A stretch of 63,414 nucleotides of DNA, the filler included, from Trichomonas gallinae (taxonomy: Eukaryota), in assembly GCA_008369845.1 (NCBI GenBank). It is 7 parts of 7 records of this genome, joined end to end, with 100 filler letters (N's around TTAATTAATTAA, not from the genome) between each part and the next. Parts side by side here need not be neighbours in the genome. Positions count along the whole stretch, not along the records: positions 41,700 to 51,502 come from MRSU01001266.1; positions 51,603 to 53,314 come from MRSU01001269.1; positions 53,415 to 63,414 come from MRSU01001270.1; 4 more parts are not named here. One strand, written 5' to 3'. Position 1 is the first letter of the stretch. Every line of letters starts with the position of its first letter. A program made the translations under genes and the position numbers. Positions 45,103 through 56,332 of this stretch are shown here, piece after piece. The notes below the pieces were generated by a model. The model worked only from the letters and a program-made list of their open reading frames with translations. It made no database searches and was not told the origin of the DNA.

Positions 45103-45999
45103 ATGAGCCGTTCATTTCTTGGTCAGCACTGCATTTTGGAATATTTCTGCTCCCAGTTCCAAGACCTGAACCCTGAGATCGATGATGAGGTGTTCAAAAG
45201 CCTAAAGGACGTGCTTTTATCCTACATTCGTGATACGATCGCTTACGAAGATTGCTTGAACGTGTTTCAAGAGAAACTAGGTACAACAACACCATTAGAA
45301 GTACTCAAATCCGTGCTTGAAACTGATATCAACGTTCATGAAGACATCGAATGTTCTTCACCAGAATCTTCTGACTCGATGAATTCATTATCTAATAGCG
45401 GAAGAAAGAGGGCCAGACCATGGAATGCCGACGAAGATAGAAGGCTTTTAGCTGGAATTCTTCGTAATGGCACTGATAACTGGTCTTTAGTTGCAGAAAT
45501 AGTTGGCGATACCAGAACGAGAGCTCAATGTTCCCAGAGATGGTTCCGTGGTTTAGACCCAAGAATCTCAAAGAAAAGATGGTCTCCAGATGAAGACAAG
45601 AAATTACTTGATTTTGTTGAAGAATACGGCGAAACAGCTTGGGCTAAGATTGCGAACTCAATGGGCAACCGTTCTGACGTTCAGTGCCGTTATCACTATC
45701 AACAATTAAAGAAAATGATGCGAAAACCTTCAAAACACATGAGGTCACAACACAGTTCATCTAAGTATCGCGCTCGCGAAGAAAAGCCTGTATCGTCATC
45801 CCGGCCAAACAACCAAAATTCATCTGTCGATGCCATCAAGGTACAGACACCTGCAGTTGAAGGTATTCTTAAACGCGCATTACCACCAGTAGGTCCATTC
45901 CAAGATTTTCTACCTTTAGAACCCCCGAATTATTTGTCCCAGAAAATGATTGCGACTGCATATAGTTTAGATGCTTTTCTTCATCATTTCGGCTTGTAA
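45103..45999 (+). CDS. R2R3 Myb-like DNA-binding protein
   Basis: PWNADEDRRL...NWSLVA...RTRAQCSQRW...LDPRISKKRWSPDEDKKL...WAKIA...NRSDVQCRYHY; Inr TCATT at 45085-45089. Confidence 0.95.
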   Translation: MSRSFLGQHCILEYFCSQFQDLNPEIDDEVFKSLKDVLLSYIRDTIAYEDCLNVFQEKLGTTTPLEVLKSVLETDINVHEDIECSSPESSDSMNSLSNSGRKRARPWNADEDRRLLAGILRNGTDNWSLVAEIVGDTRTRAQCSQRWFRGLDPRISKKRWSPDEDKKLLDFVEEYGETAWAKIANSMGNRSDVQCRYHYQQLKKMMRKPSKHMRSQHSSSKYRAREEKPVSSSRPNNQNSSVDAIKVQTPAVEGILKRALPPVGPFQDFLPLEPPNYLSQKMIATAYSLDAFLHHFGL

Positions 46000-47035
46000 T
46001 TCATTATGTTTATATAAAAATTTAGTTTTGATCATCCAAATTTCCTGTCAAAATTTTTCTGGAAAATGTAAAAACCGTTTATAATTTTCTGAAAGTTATT
46101 ATTATCTTGGCTTTACTCTATGACTAATTTTAGACCGTATTTCACAAGAATTTCGACAAGAAAGTTTTGAGGTTATTTTTATCGTTCTGATTTCGTTTCG
46201 TTACATGACTTTATCTCATTGCGAATCTGGAATAAGAACTGTTTCGGAAGCCTGGTGTTCGAAGATAAATCAGTTTATTTTAATTTTTGTTCGAAATCTT
46301 TTCCAAATATGGAATTTACTGACTTTGATTCCAAAATATTAATAGAATACTATCAATATTTCTCTGTTAAGTTCCTTATCTTTCGATTCCCAAGGTTCCG
46401 AATTTTTCAACCAGCGTTTTATACAGTTCATATATTTGAGTTTAGTACTGGTGAACTGCAATCGAATTATATTTTCATCTCTTGACTTGGTTTTCATTAT
46501 ATTATGTTTCGACTCACTAAATTATTCATAGTCATTCCTTAAGAATATGATAGTTCAATAGAATAACCTACATGTCATTATGACTCAATGTTATTTTGGA
46601 ATATTTAATATATTTGAGGTATTTCAGAAATTATTTTCCCATAAAATTAAGAAAAAACTTAATCAAACTATCCTAAAATAGAAGAATATTGTCTGGATAT
46701 GATACCAAAGAATGATTTCTTGTTTTAATTGGTCTCATAAGACATTTTTTTTCTCTGAAAAAAACATTCAAATATTTGATATTAAATAACCTTAATATTA
46801 TCTTGCCACGTTTAAATCAAAAATAAAATTATCATTTTTAAAGAGTATTAACAATTCCAATTGCAAATTATTAATAAAATATTAATTAAAAATTAAATCC
46901 CTTAAAAATGAGAAATTAAGTATGTATAATGATGCACATGTAATATTCACAGTCGTAAAAATTTTGGAAAATTCTTCTAAAATTCAACACTTTACATTAT
47001 ATTTCTGACATGTAAAACGAAATTTGACCATTCAA

Positions 47036-48292
47036 ATGTTTGTTTTTCGCAAAGAGGACTCTAGTGATCTTTTATTCGAAGCAGTCTTTCTAATTGAAAA
47101 GTCAGAGAACACTATATCAGATGTTAACGTCGTTTTTCCTGAAACCGATAATTATTCCGTACAATTTAAATCAATAATCAAAAACTGCGCGTTCCCGCTT
47201 ATGGACAATCAAGCAATTACATGGGATACGGATATGACTGTCCATTTCATCAAAGATGAGAAAAATACTCAATATTACGTATATACTCAATATTACAATT
47301 TACATTCGAAATATCTTTCTATATCGATTATCACCAAATATCACCATTTTAGGCTCTTTTCTGCCCTATTTTCAACGATGACATCCCAAGTTGAAAAACA
47401 ATTTTATAAGAAAGCATCGAATATTAAATTTAAACAAGAAGGATTCGATATCAAGCCAAAGAAAGACGATATGAACTTATCGATGGGTGTTTCCGCGACA
47501 AGTGAAATTAATTATCTTCAATCTTTCTTTTTATCGAATTATCCGCCGCATCTCATCGGTACACTCATATCTCTCATTTGTGCTGGTGTTAGAATATTCG
47601 TTATATCATCTTCAACATCAAAAGTCACGCAAACAGTTTTTTCGATTGCTGCTTTCTTTTATCCTATCATTGCTCCTGAAATATTCCATCCTTTGCTGAC
47701 ACACAACGAAATAGCAAACGCGTTTAAGTTCCATGAAGGAGTTATTGGAATAAATACGATTTCATTTTTATCGATTGTTGATCAATTGGGACAAAATGAT
47801 GCTGTTTTCAATTGTGATGACGTTTATATCTCTTGCCAGCATCCTCCTAAATACAAATCTTGGCTAAATTCCGAAATCGCTTCTTTTGCATCAAATATTC
47901 GCAATGCGACAATGCACTATAGTCCAGCTTTCCCATCTAGCAACGTGAGATCGATGGTTGCTGAATTTTTCCTGACTTTTATTTCCAAATTACTCGGAAG
48001 CTCTAAAAATCCTGATGCATTGCAAGCAGAGTTCAAGAAATACTCCACAAATGGAGATAAACTCGAAAACTGTATCTGCAGGTCCCCAGTCATCAAAGAG
48101 TTCATGAGATTAACGAAAGCGAGGGACGAACAAGTGATGAATGTTTTCTGGGAACAAAAACAGCCAACAAATTTGTTCCAGCGCAATTTGTATCATAAAG
48201 ACGAGGAGCCACAGATGTCAAGGGTAATTCCTCCTGTGAGAGAAATCGGAAGGAGAGGAAAAAGCTTTATTAGCAATCTTAGAAGGAAATAA
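47036..48292 (+). CDS. Divergent DENN-domain protein (putative Rab GEF)
   Basis: RIFVISSSTSKVTQTVFSIAAFFYP...FHPLL...IGI...VFNCD matches the cDENN core pattern; first ATG at 47036. Confidence 0.65.
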   Translation: MFVFRKEDSSDLLFEAVFLIEKSENTISDVNVVFPETDNYSVQFKSIIKNCAFPLMDNQAITWDTDMTVHFIKDEKNTQYYVYTQYYNLHSKYLSISIITKYHHFRLFSALFSTMTSQVEKQFYKKASNIKFKQEGFDIKPKKDDMNLSMGVSATSEINYLQSFFLSNYPPHLIGTLISLICAGVRIFVISSSTSKVTQTVFSIAAFFYPIIAPEIFHPLLTHNEIANAFKFHEGVIGINTISFLSIVDQLGQNDAVFNCDDVYISCQHPPKYKSWLNSEIASFASNIRNATMHYSPAFPSSNVRSMVAEFFLTFISKLLGSSKNPDALQAEFKKYSTNGDKLENCICRSPVIKEFMRLTKARDEQVMNVFWEQKQPTNLFQRNLYHKDEEPQMSRVIPPVREIGRRGKSFISNLRRK

Positions 48293-48637
48293 TTTTTTTC
48301 CAAAATTACTATCTTCATGTTATGCTTTTAGTTTATTCATGAAACCTGGTTAGTGCATCTAGAAAATACACCAAATCTTATGCTATTACACACTTTGTTT
48401 TATTTATCAAAATTAAATATTTTTTGTTGCTTTTTATTATAATTTATCACGTTTAGAAGTAAACCATATCAATTATAACAATAATTATTCAATGTTTTGT
48501 TAATAATATTTTGATATTTATTTTAATTTGAAAATGTAAGTTTTGAATTGAAAAATGATTATGTAGAGTCAAAAATCTAATCTATTCTAGATATCTTTAT
48601 AATTTTATTGAAAAAAATATTCTGTATATAAAAAAAC

Positions 48638-49468
48638 TTACTCTACTGGTGCGAAAACTCCCTCATGTGGATCTACCTCCTTCTCAATGCTGTCCATACG
48701 CATTTCACGGTCAGCTTCACGATCACGATTGCGCTGCATTGCGACAGCCTTCTGTTTGCGCTCTTCTTTGCGCTGTGTAGCAGGGCTCTCCCATGTAGCG
48801 TTCTTCCAGATCTTGTGACCCTTGAAAACGTCAGCTAAAACGAAGATTGGAACTAAAGTGATACGTGGACCAACTTCAACAAGCTGTGTTGGCTCTGTAT
48901 CCCACTGAATCTGATAGTGGCGGATAATGATCTTATTATCTTCAACGAAGAAAGACATTGTTCTATCTACGAATGGCTTTGAGTGTTTGTCGTTGAATGG
49001 AACTTCGAAAACTCTTTGGAGCAATATGCGTGAGAGTGATAACACTGGTGTCTTGTCAAATGCTGGATCGAAGAAGAGCAATGGCCTGCTTCCCTTCATT
49101 GGGTTACCAACAAAGCCTAAATCGTAAATTGACTTGCCTTCCTCCATATAGAAGCAAACTGTTGGGCCATTGATGGCATCTGCGAGCCATAAATATGGTT
49201 CAATGTGATGCTTCGTTTCGAAGTAAGCGACAACATCACAATGAATGTCGACAGCGATTTCCTTGATATCTTTGAAGTCTTCTGAAGAAATTTTGTTCTC
49301 TTTCTTTGAGTGTGGAATTAATTTGCGAAAATCATCGAGAATTTCAGCGGTTGAGTGAATCATTCCCTTGTTTCCGACAATCATCGGGCGATGCACATAG
49401 GCCTTCTTCTCTGTTGTTGTCTTTTCTTCGGCTGGCTGCTTTTGCAACTTGCGGAGAAGGGCAGACAT
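48638..49468 (-). CDS. BRX1: Brix-domain ribosome biogenesis protein
   Basis: LIPHSKKENK, YLWLA...NGPTVCF, GNPMKGSRPLLFFDPAFD, HSKPFVDR, IRHYQI and LVEVGPRITL; ATG at 49468 (MSALLRK). Confidence 0.9.
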   Translation of the reverse strand: MSALLRKLQKQPAEEKTTTEKKAYVHRPMIVGNKGMIHSTAEILDDFRKLIPHSKKENKISSEDFKDIKEIAVDIHCDVVAYFETKHHIEPYLWLADAINGPTVCFYMEEGKSIYDLGFVGNPMKGSRPLLFFDPAFDKTPVLSLSRILLQRVFEVPFNDKHSKPFVDRTMSFFVEDNKIIIRHYQIQWDTEPTQLVEVGPRITLVPIFVLADVFKGHKIWKNATWESPATQRKEERKQKAVAMQRNRDREADREMRMDSIEKEVDPHEGVFAPVE

Positions 49469-49475
49469 TTTTTTT

Positions 49476-49480
49476 AAAGG
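49476..49480 (-). promoter_or_regulatory. CCTTT element (T. vaginalis motif 5-like alternative initiator)
   Basis: Minus strand GCCCTTTAAAAAAAATG directly before the BRX1 ATG; motif 5 is known from ribosome-related genes. Confidence 0.6.
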
Positions 49481-49671
49481 GCACAATTCATGTTTTAGCT
49501 CGTATTCGTGATTTTTATTATCTACTCTTTATATATAACATATTTTCAACGTAAATTTTTGTAAAATCTGGAATCTGAAAAATAATAATTTTGGTTTTTC
49601 ATCAAATTATTGCAGAGAATATAACACTTTAGGGGATTAAGGACAAATATAGAATATAATGCTACATTATA

Positions 49672-50370
49672 TCAAAATCTTAGGGATCTTCGAGATAGAG
49701 ACTTGATAGGAGCGAGAACAACTATATTTCCTCTATCTGGAACTAATTTCCTTATGCTTGGCTTAATATCTACATCAAATTCTGGATATTTTGCAATCGA
49801 CAAAGAATTTGAATTTGGCTTGTTTTCTATTTTCTCTGTAAGTTTCTTCATGTTTTTGCTCAAGATAAGAACCTTTTGTTCATATTCTTTTACTTGATTT
49901 TCTAATTTTTCATGTTTGTGCTGGTAATTTCTCATTTTTTCTTCCGATATTTCTATTTTGTCTAGTAAAGCGTGGTAAATCTCATCCGTTGAGTTGCTTT
50001 GAGGATCTGGTGTTTTTTGTATTTTATCTGTAATTGGTGGAGAATTCTTTTCAAATGATTCTATATTTCCTAATTTTGAAGCTAGTGTCGAAGTATCAGC
50101 AGCTAAATTTGAAGAATTTTTTATCAATTTTAATATTTTGTTATTGAGTTCTGCATTTCGACGATTTATGACATCACATAGACTATTTCTAACCAATGCA
50201 ATGAATTCTTTCTCGTAATTTTGATTAGAAAATCGAGATTCAGCATTTTCAAAATTACTCAATTCTTCTTTGATTTCAAGTATTTTCTGCTCTAATGTCG
50301 CTATTTCCCTCAGCACATGTTGTTTCCTGAGCATAACCAGCCCAGAAAAACCATTTAACCTTTCTTGCAT
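49672..50370 (-). CDS. Coiled-coil hypothetical protein
   Basis: 232-aa ORF with heptad-rich segments; AAAAGTGAT (motif-2-like) just upstream. Confidence 0.75.
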   Translation of the reverse strand: MQERLNGFSGLVMLRKQHVLREIATLEQKILEIKEELSNFENAESRFSNQNYEKEFIALVRNSLCDVINRRNAELNNKILKLIKNSSNLAADTSTLASKLGNIESFEKNSPPITDKIQKTPDPQSNSTDEIYHALLDKIEISEEKMRNYQHKHEKLENQVKEYEQKVLILSKNMKKLTEKIENKPNSNSLSIAKYPEFDVDIKPSIRKLVPDRGNIVVLAPIKSLSRRSLRF

Positions 50371-50492
50371 TTTTTATCACTTTTCTGACAGCATCAAAAA
50401 TTAATTGATGTGTTTTATTTTTAGAAATAAATATGATTTATGGACTATATATACTGCATAGATTAATAATGTCATATATAGAGCTATCAATT

Positions 50493-51125
50493 TTATTTAT
50501 TCCAAATTTGATTTCTTGTTTGATCATTTTTTAACGAAGCAGATCTTTTCCCTCTTCTCCAACTCATGCAAGGAGTTGGTTGTGTTTGAGTTTTCAGTTC
50601 GAACCGAGAATTTGCATTTTGATTCTCTGCCATTATCCTCGTGGTTCCAATGGACAGCGGGGCATATACCGGATCCATTTGAGGGGATGGCAATAGGAGA
50701 ATTGTTTCTGAAACATCGTCAAGAATTTGAGATAATCTTTCGATCGAATTATCAGTAATCTCAATACGCGCCTGTATTCTCTTGAGTTTACTTTTCATCT
50801 GCTTATAATGTTCATTCAATGTAACTTCAAGTTTGTCACAGACATTTTTTTCAACTTCTCCAACTAACTTCTGCAATTTGTTTTTCACCGTCCAGTTTTC
50901 ATCAACAGGAGTGTCTTCATCAACTTCTTCTACCCGTGGAGAACATTCGATCATGCAATGAGGTTCTTGGCTATAATGATATTGGTTTGAGTTGCTAAAT
51001 CGACCAAATGCATTCGGTGTCGATCCACAAGGCGACCCTTGGTATGAAGACTGGATCTGTGAGCTGTACATGGCTCTGGCTAAAGAAGGAACTGCTCTGC
51101 TTCCAAATGATCCATCTCTGTTCAT
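50493..51125 (-). CDS. Hypothetical protein (central coiled coil)
   Basis: 210-aa ORF with coding-like composition. Confidence 0.75.
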   Translation of the reverse strand: MNRDGSFGSRAVPSLARAMYSSQIQSSYQGSPCGSTPNAFGRFSNSNQYHYSQEPHCMIECSPRVEEVDEDTPVDENWTVKNKLQKLVGEVEKNVCDKLEVTLNEHYKQMKSKLKRIQARIEITDNSIERLSQILDDVSETILLLPSPQMDPVYAPLSIGTTRIMAENQNANSRFELKTQTQPTPCMSWRRGKRSASLKNDQTRNQIWNK

Positions 51126-51502
51126 TCTCTACTTAGTGCATCACTTAGTTTATTTTATCGTATTAAGGTTAATAGATGATTTAAATCTGATTTAAACATT
51201 TAAGCTTGAAATTAGAACAGAAATAAAGCAATAGACCTTATATTATATTCTAAATTAGAATAATTCTAATCCCATATATTCAGACAAATATAGCCTTTAA
51301 TATACAATTGATATTAAATTCTAGTAATGATAACAAAAAATCATGTGTTTGACGACAATAATGAATGCTATTGGTATATCTGCCAATGTTAATCCAATAT
51401 AAAAATTATCAGATTTTGGAAACAAATTACCCAGTTTTGCCACAGTTTGCACTAGGTCCTATTATAGGGGGTGAATCTAACAAATCATATAAATATGACA
51501 AA

Positions 51503-51602
51503 NNNNNNNNNNNNNNNNNNNNNNNNNNNNNNNNNNNNNNNNNNNNTTAATTAATTAANNNNNNNNNNNNNNNNNNNNNNNNNNNNNNNNNNNNNNNNNN
51601 NN
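51503..51602. other. Artificial contig linker / gap
   Basis: 44 N + TTAATTAATTAA + 44 N. Confidence 0.97.
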
Positions 51603-53029
51603 GAAATTATTGCGAATGTTACGAATTTAACATTGCTTCCGGCTTTCTCCTTTAAAACCACACACTTTCAAAGAATAGCTATCTCATCGAATATGGCATG
51701 ACAGAGTACAATAAAGTATTAACAATGTATCAACAAGCAGAATTTGCTGCACTCTCGATCGACGCGGGTAAGATGGGATCCATTAATTATTTTGATATTA
51801 TAATTGCTAATGCAGCTGCCAATCTTCCACCATTAGTATACAAATCAATTTCCTACTTCGCCAGAAATTTTGAAGCATATCGAAGAGAAATTCTTGAAGT
51901 TATTCAAGAATTAGATTCAATCGGAATTCAAATCGTAGCTGTTGTATCAGACAACTTAAGAGTGCAGGTGAGCGCGATAAACAATATAATCTCTGAGATA
52001 CCCACACTCATATATGTGCCATGCGCGTGTCACACCCTTCAACTAGCTATCAATGGATTTATCGCGTTCTCTTTAACATATCGCCTAAAGGAAGAATGGT
52101 GAATGCAGAGTTGGCTCGACTCGAGAACAGAGAAGATGAAAGGGAGATATGGCTTAAATATTTCCATTTATCAATTGAAGAAAAAGAAACTTCTCTGCTA
52201 CAGATATGCAAAGATGAATTCGGCTCCCCAATTATAAGAAGTACTTTTATTGAAGCATACCATTTAGCTTCAAATGCTTTGCAGAGTGGAACAAGAAGTA
52301 TTATCTCAGGTGAAGAAGAGAATCAGAACGTGAATCCTACAGCTCCAGATCCCACTCCACAAGCAACTGCTCAAGCTCATGTCGAGAATCAAAATCATCA
52401 TGAGCCTCAGGCTAACGTGACACAAACGAGGATAAATCAATTCTTCCGACCAGCATCTAGCTAGCACCGAGGCAAACAATATCGAACGCAATGCTCGAGA
52501 TATTCCATCTGTTCCACAAGTTCCAGTCTTCCATGGAACTGGTGTTGTTTCTCCTCAAGACATTGTTGGAGAAGAGGAGGATATGCCAGAAGTAAATGAC
52601 GATTTTATGAAAGAATTCACTGAAGTTTTCTTTCAGGTTGAAGACACTATAGACGAGAGTGTAACGATCGAACATGAGCTCGCAATCACCAAAAAACTTG
52701 CCCAAGCATATGGCCTTAATGTACAAGAAATGGTGAGGGCCTACTCGTTATGGACATCGGTTCCTTCCCTTGGAGAAGACATCGAAGCAGTTATCAATCC
52801 AGATGATCCTTTAGCAACCTGGTATTGTGTAGGTCGCCACAAACCATTCCAAGATCTGTCCGAGTTGGCTCTGAAGTTATTAACAATTCCCTCTTCAGAG
52901 GCTTCGGCCGAGCGACATTTCTCCTACATGAGAAAAATTGCGACTGAGCAAAGAGCACGCAGCTCAGGAATATTACAGAAAGCATTATATTCCATCCACT
53001 TAGATATACCAGAAAATATTGTTAATTAA
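51603..53029 (+). mobile_element. hAT-superfamily transposase remnant (5'-truncated by contig end, internally deleted, frameshifted)
   Basis: LSIDAG (first D), VVSDN (second D) and CACHTLQL (CxxH) in 51698-52102; hAT dimerisation region W...LSELALKLLTIPSSEASAERHFS (catalytic E) in 52583-53029. Confidence 0.9.
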
Positions 53030-53157
53030 AAATATATATTATTTTTTACAATAATATGTTAAAAACTAAACTTGTCATCGCTTAGCATTGCTCAATGTCT
53101 TGCTAAAAATCACCCAAAACCAATATTGAGGCGCTTCACTTAAAATATTGTATAATG

Positions 53158-53212
53158 ACGATCCCCACTTCTTTCAAAATTCTATATCACGATCCCCATT
53201 ACTTTCAAAATT
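53158..53212 (+). repeat. Subterminal direct repeats downstream of the hAT transposase
   Basis: ACGATCCCCACTTCTTTCAAAATT (53158-53181) and ACGATCCCCATTACTTTCAAAATT (53189-53212). Confidence 0.75.
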
Positions 53213-53314
53213 TGTAGTATGTAGTTTTAGATGGCCAAAATGAGGAACCTGTAGATATGCTTGCCACTAAAATATAAAGAAGCTTGATATCTACTCATTC
53301 TCATGCAGGACAAG

Positions 53315-53414
53315 NNNNNNNNNNNNNNNNNNNNNNNNNNNNNNNNNNNNNNNNNNNNTTAATTAATTAANNNNNNNNNNNNNNNNNNNNNNNNNNNNNN
53401 NNNNNNNNNNNNNN
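53315..53414. other. Artificial contig linker / gap
   Basis: 44 N + TTAATTAATTAA + 44 N. Confidence 0.97.
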
Positions 53415-53420
53415 AAAAAA
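53415..53420 (-). terminator. RNA polymerase III terminator (T-run) of the tRNA
   Basis: TTTTTT immediately 3' of the tRNA on the minus strand, up to the contig edge. Confidence 0.7.
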
Positions 53421-53494
53421 CGCGCCGTCCAGGACTTGAACCTGGACTCTACTGCTCCGTAGGCAGTCGCCTTATCCAATTGGGCCAACGGCGC
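53421..53494 (-). tRNA. tRNA-Arg (anticodon ACG)
   Basis: Reverse complement folds as a cloverleaf: acceptor GCGCCGT/ACGGCGC plus G; D loop AATTGGATAA; anticodon arm ACTGC-CTACGGA-GCAGT; T arm CCAGG-TTCAAGT-CCTGG; no encoded CCA. Confidence 0.96.
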
Positions 53495-53682
53495 CTTACA
53501 TAATTGCTATCTTTTTTAAGCACAGCATAATTATCCATCCATTTATCCAAAATTTTCTCGAATTGAGCAATTTTATTACATAATTTTTGTCTATAAAACA
53601 GTTATAAATATTTTGCACCAACAAAAACATAAATTTAGTATTGACAATTTTTACGGGCGTGAGTGAATTATTAGATTTTAGT

Positions 53683-56088
53683 ATGAGCATATGGACATGT
53701 GGGCCAGAAGACGGTGAAAGGCTCGGACGTCCACGCGAAAACTGGGATCCAGGCAGAGTACCAATTCCTGATGGAGTTTCTGTTGCTCAAATCGCATTAG
53801 GATGGAAACACGGCCATTTCTTCACAGATACGAACCAATTCTACTCGTGGGGCACAGGATCTTCATGGAGGCTTGGTACTGGTGAACAAGAAAATCTGCC
53901 AAGGCCAACAAGAATTACAACATTTCCGGAAAAAATCAAATTCAAACAAATCGCATGCGGTGACAAGTTCAGCGCATGCACTACACAACAGGGAGAACTC
54001 TACGCTTGGGGAAGTGGCTATGCACACGTTCCAACACAATTAGAACTTCCAACTCCTGCAGAATTCATCGCGTGCGGACAAATTATTCTCCTTGCCGCGC
54101 TATCAGACGGCACGGTAATGGAATTTTATCGACATTCATCACCTACACTCCACACATTTGGAAAAGATCATATTATTTCAGTCGCCTGCGGGCAAACACA
54201 CTGTTTAGCACTCGCAGACAGCGGCCATGTATACGCCTGGGGATCAGGAACAGCAACAGGCATTGGAACAAGCGAAACTCCAAAAAGAATTCCGACATTC
54301 GACAATATTACAATACAGGCGATATTCGCATACCACAACAGCAGCTATTTCATCGATACTTACGGTTGCATATGGGCCTGCGGAACAAATTCCAGTAATT
54401 CTCTAGGTTTAGGTCATGCACAAGAAGTCGGAACGCCAACAAGAATGACTTTCGAGTTTTCGCGCGAACAGATCATACAGATAGCATGCGGAGATGACTT
54501 CACCCTCTTCCTATCAGCACAAGGCAACGTCTGGGCGTGCGGAAACGGCGGAGATTTCAGAAACGCGACAGGCAGCGTTGAAACACGCCCGTTCCCTGTT
54601 CCAGCGACGAAACTCGCCGGAAAGTTCATCACGCAGATAGCGGCTGGCTGCTTCAACACTGCTGTCCTAGAGAATGGTTACCCGCCTTTCAACAGGATGG
54701 CACGTTTTCGCGGCTTCTTCTCTGAGTTCGCGATTCCTGTACTACCCTTCAGGGCGACGATGGGCAACATGGCGAGCGTCGAAATCAACCCAAGCGATGA
54801 ATTGTTGAGGCCACTGGGCTTCATGACGCGCGACATTGTCAGGTTCTCGCCGGAGAAACAAGCGATGGTTGTAGGCGTTGCACAGGGAAAGCCAGCTGTC
54901 ATCTGCGAGGGAGCGAACGAGATTGCTCTGATAGAAGCGGACATATCATGCTACCCGATAATATCTAGGCCGGGCGTCCACCTTTTCGCGGGAAATGATT
55001 CATCCGGAAACTCAATATCAGTGGATCCCAGCGAGAAGGAAACACTGAGACTGGGAGGCTTCCTCTACGGAGACATTCTCGATGACGACTCTGTTGTTGT
55101 CGGCGCGCGCTGCAACTCAATATGGACATTAAAGGACGGAATAATTGCGAAGAGAGATCATTCGACGCTGAACATCAAGAGAAGGAAAACTCACGACGTG
55201 ATTGTCAAAACAATGGGCGATGGATCGAGATATGTTCTTGACTCACTGAGAGATGACGGAATAGTTGTCATCCACGCAACATTTGGCGCTGGAACGTTAA
55301 TGGGCAAAGTCGGAAAGTTGTATTGCTACGAGTTCGTCGACAAAAATGAATGCACTTTGATGGACAGCAGCTTCCCAACAGTAAGAGCTTCCCCGACAGC
55401 CAATATGAAAGTCGAGTACTTGCTAAATACCGGCGAGAGAGTTTTCGTCGACATATCAGACTCAAAGAAATTCATTCCTTTAGATAGAGTCTCAGCCGAT
55501 GGAGAGCAGGGAACAGTCGTCGGATCAGTTGATGACATGTTTGCAGTAAGAACAGATAAAGAGCATCTGAGGGGAGGAACTGTTTCTCTCTTCAAAAGTG
55601 AGGAACTTAAACTTCTCGCAAGAGTTTTGAAAGAAGCAAAGCAAAAATACAAATACAAGGGAAAAGAGATAGAATTAGACATATCTGTCCTTAAAGCATC
55701 ACCAGTTTACGCGAACGACAGAGTTGAAGTCGACAAAAAGAGAGGATACATTGCAGGAAGCAGGGACTCAACATTCTACGTGTTATTCGACGGCTATGAA
55801 GAAGTTACGCCACTCGACAAAGAGTATATATTAGTCAGGAGGTCAGTGGATGTCGCTGGAAGACAGTTGTACGGATTTAAAGATGTCGACGTCAGCTTGA
55901 TGAATTTCGCTATGTCTATTATGAAACCAGGTGACGTAAGGATGCACATGGGAACTAGAGTGCTGTTCCTTGGATATGACAGAGAACAAAAAATGGTATT
56001 TAAATCTCTCGACTCTGAAACTTCAGATATGACAAATGACTTGACGCCATCTTTGTTAGATATCGAATATATTGAAGTGGATAATTAA
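53683..56088 (+). CDS. RCC1-repeat protein with a repetitive beta-rich C-terminal region
   Basis: Repeats QIALGWKH, QIACGDKFS, SVACGQTHCLAL...GHVYAWG and QIACGDDFTLFL...GNVWACG; ATG at 53683 (MSIWTCG). Confidence 0.9.
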   Translation: MSIWTCGPEDGERLGRPRENWDPGRVPIPDGVSVAQIALGWKHGHFFTDTNQFYSWGTGSSWRLGTGEQENLPRPTRITTFPEKIKFKQIACGDKFSACTTQQGELYAWGSGYAHVPTQLELPTPAEFIACGQIILLAALSDGTVMEFYRHSSPTLHTFGKDHIISVACGQTHCLALADSGHVYAWGSGTATGIGTSETPKRIPTFDNITIQAIFAYHNSSYFIDTYGCIWACGTNSSNSLGLGHAQEVGTPTRMTFEFSREQIIQIACGDDFTLFLSAQGNVWACGNGGDFRNATGSVETRPFPVPATKLAGKFITQIAAGCFNTAVLENGYPPFNRMARFRGFFSEFAIPVLPFRATMGNMASVEINPSDELLRPLGFMTRDIVRFSPEKQAMVVGVAQGKPAVICEGANEIALIEADISCYPIISRPGVHLFAGNDSSGNSISVDPSEKETLRLGGFLYGDILDDDSVVVGARCNSIWTLKDGIIAKRDHSTLNIKRRKTHDVIVKTMGDGSRYVLDSLRDDGIVVIHATFGAGTLMGKVGKLYCYEFVDKNECTLMDSSFPTVRASPTANMKVEYLLNTGERVFVDISDSKKFIPLDRVSADGEQGTVVGSVDDMFAVRTDKEHLRGGTVSLFKSEELKLLARVLKEAKQKYKYKGKEIELDISVLKASPVYANDRVEVDKKRGYIAGSRDSTFYVLFDGYEEVTPLDKEYILVRRSVDVAGRQLYGFKDVDVSLMNFAMSIMKPGDVRMHMGTRVLFLGYDREQKMVFKSLDSETSDMTNDLTPSLLDIEYIEVDN

Positions 56089-56332
56089 AATTTTGTTTAT
56101 AATGTAGTTAATAAAAAATAATATTTTTTATTATATAAAAAATTAAGAATTTATTCAGTTAAATCATTTATCTCTTAGAAATTATTTAAATTATGAATGA
56201 GTTTTCTTAATAAGAAATAGATGAAGAAATTTTATATCATTATTTTAATTTGATAACAAAGTATTAAGTAATTTGCTATTAGACAACATTGTAGTCGCAT
56301 TTAATAACATTTAAAAGATACAGCGATGAAAT

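Noticed and set aside
18652..53414. Six identical TTAATTAATTAA palindromes embedded in N-runs
   Set aside because: Artificial six-frame-stop contig linkers; not biological. Neighbourhoods across them (e.g. hAT next to tRNA-Arg) cannot be interpreted.
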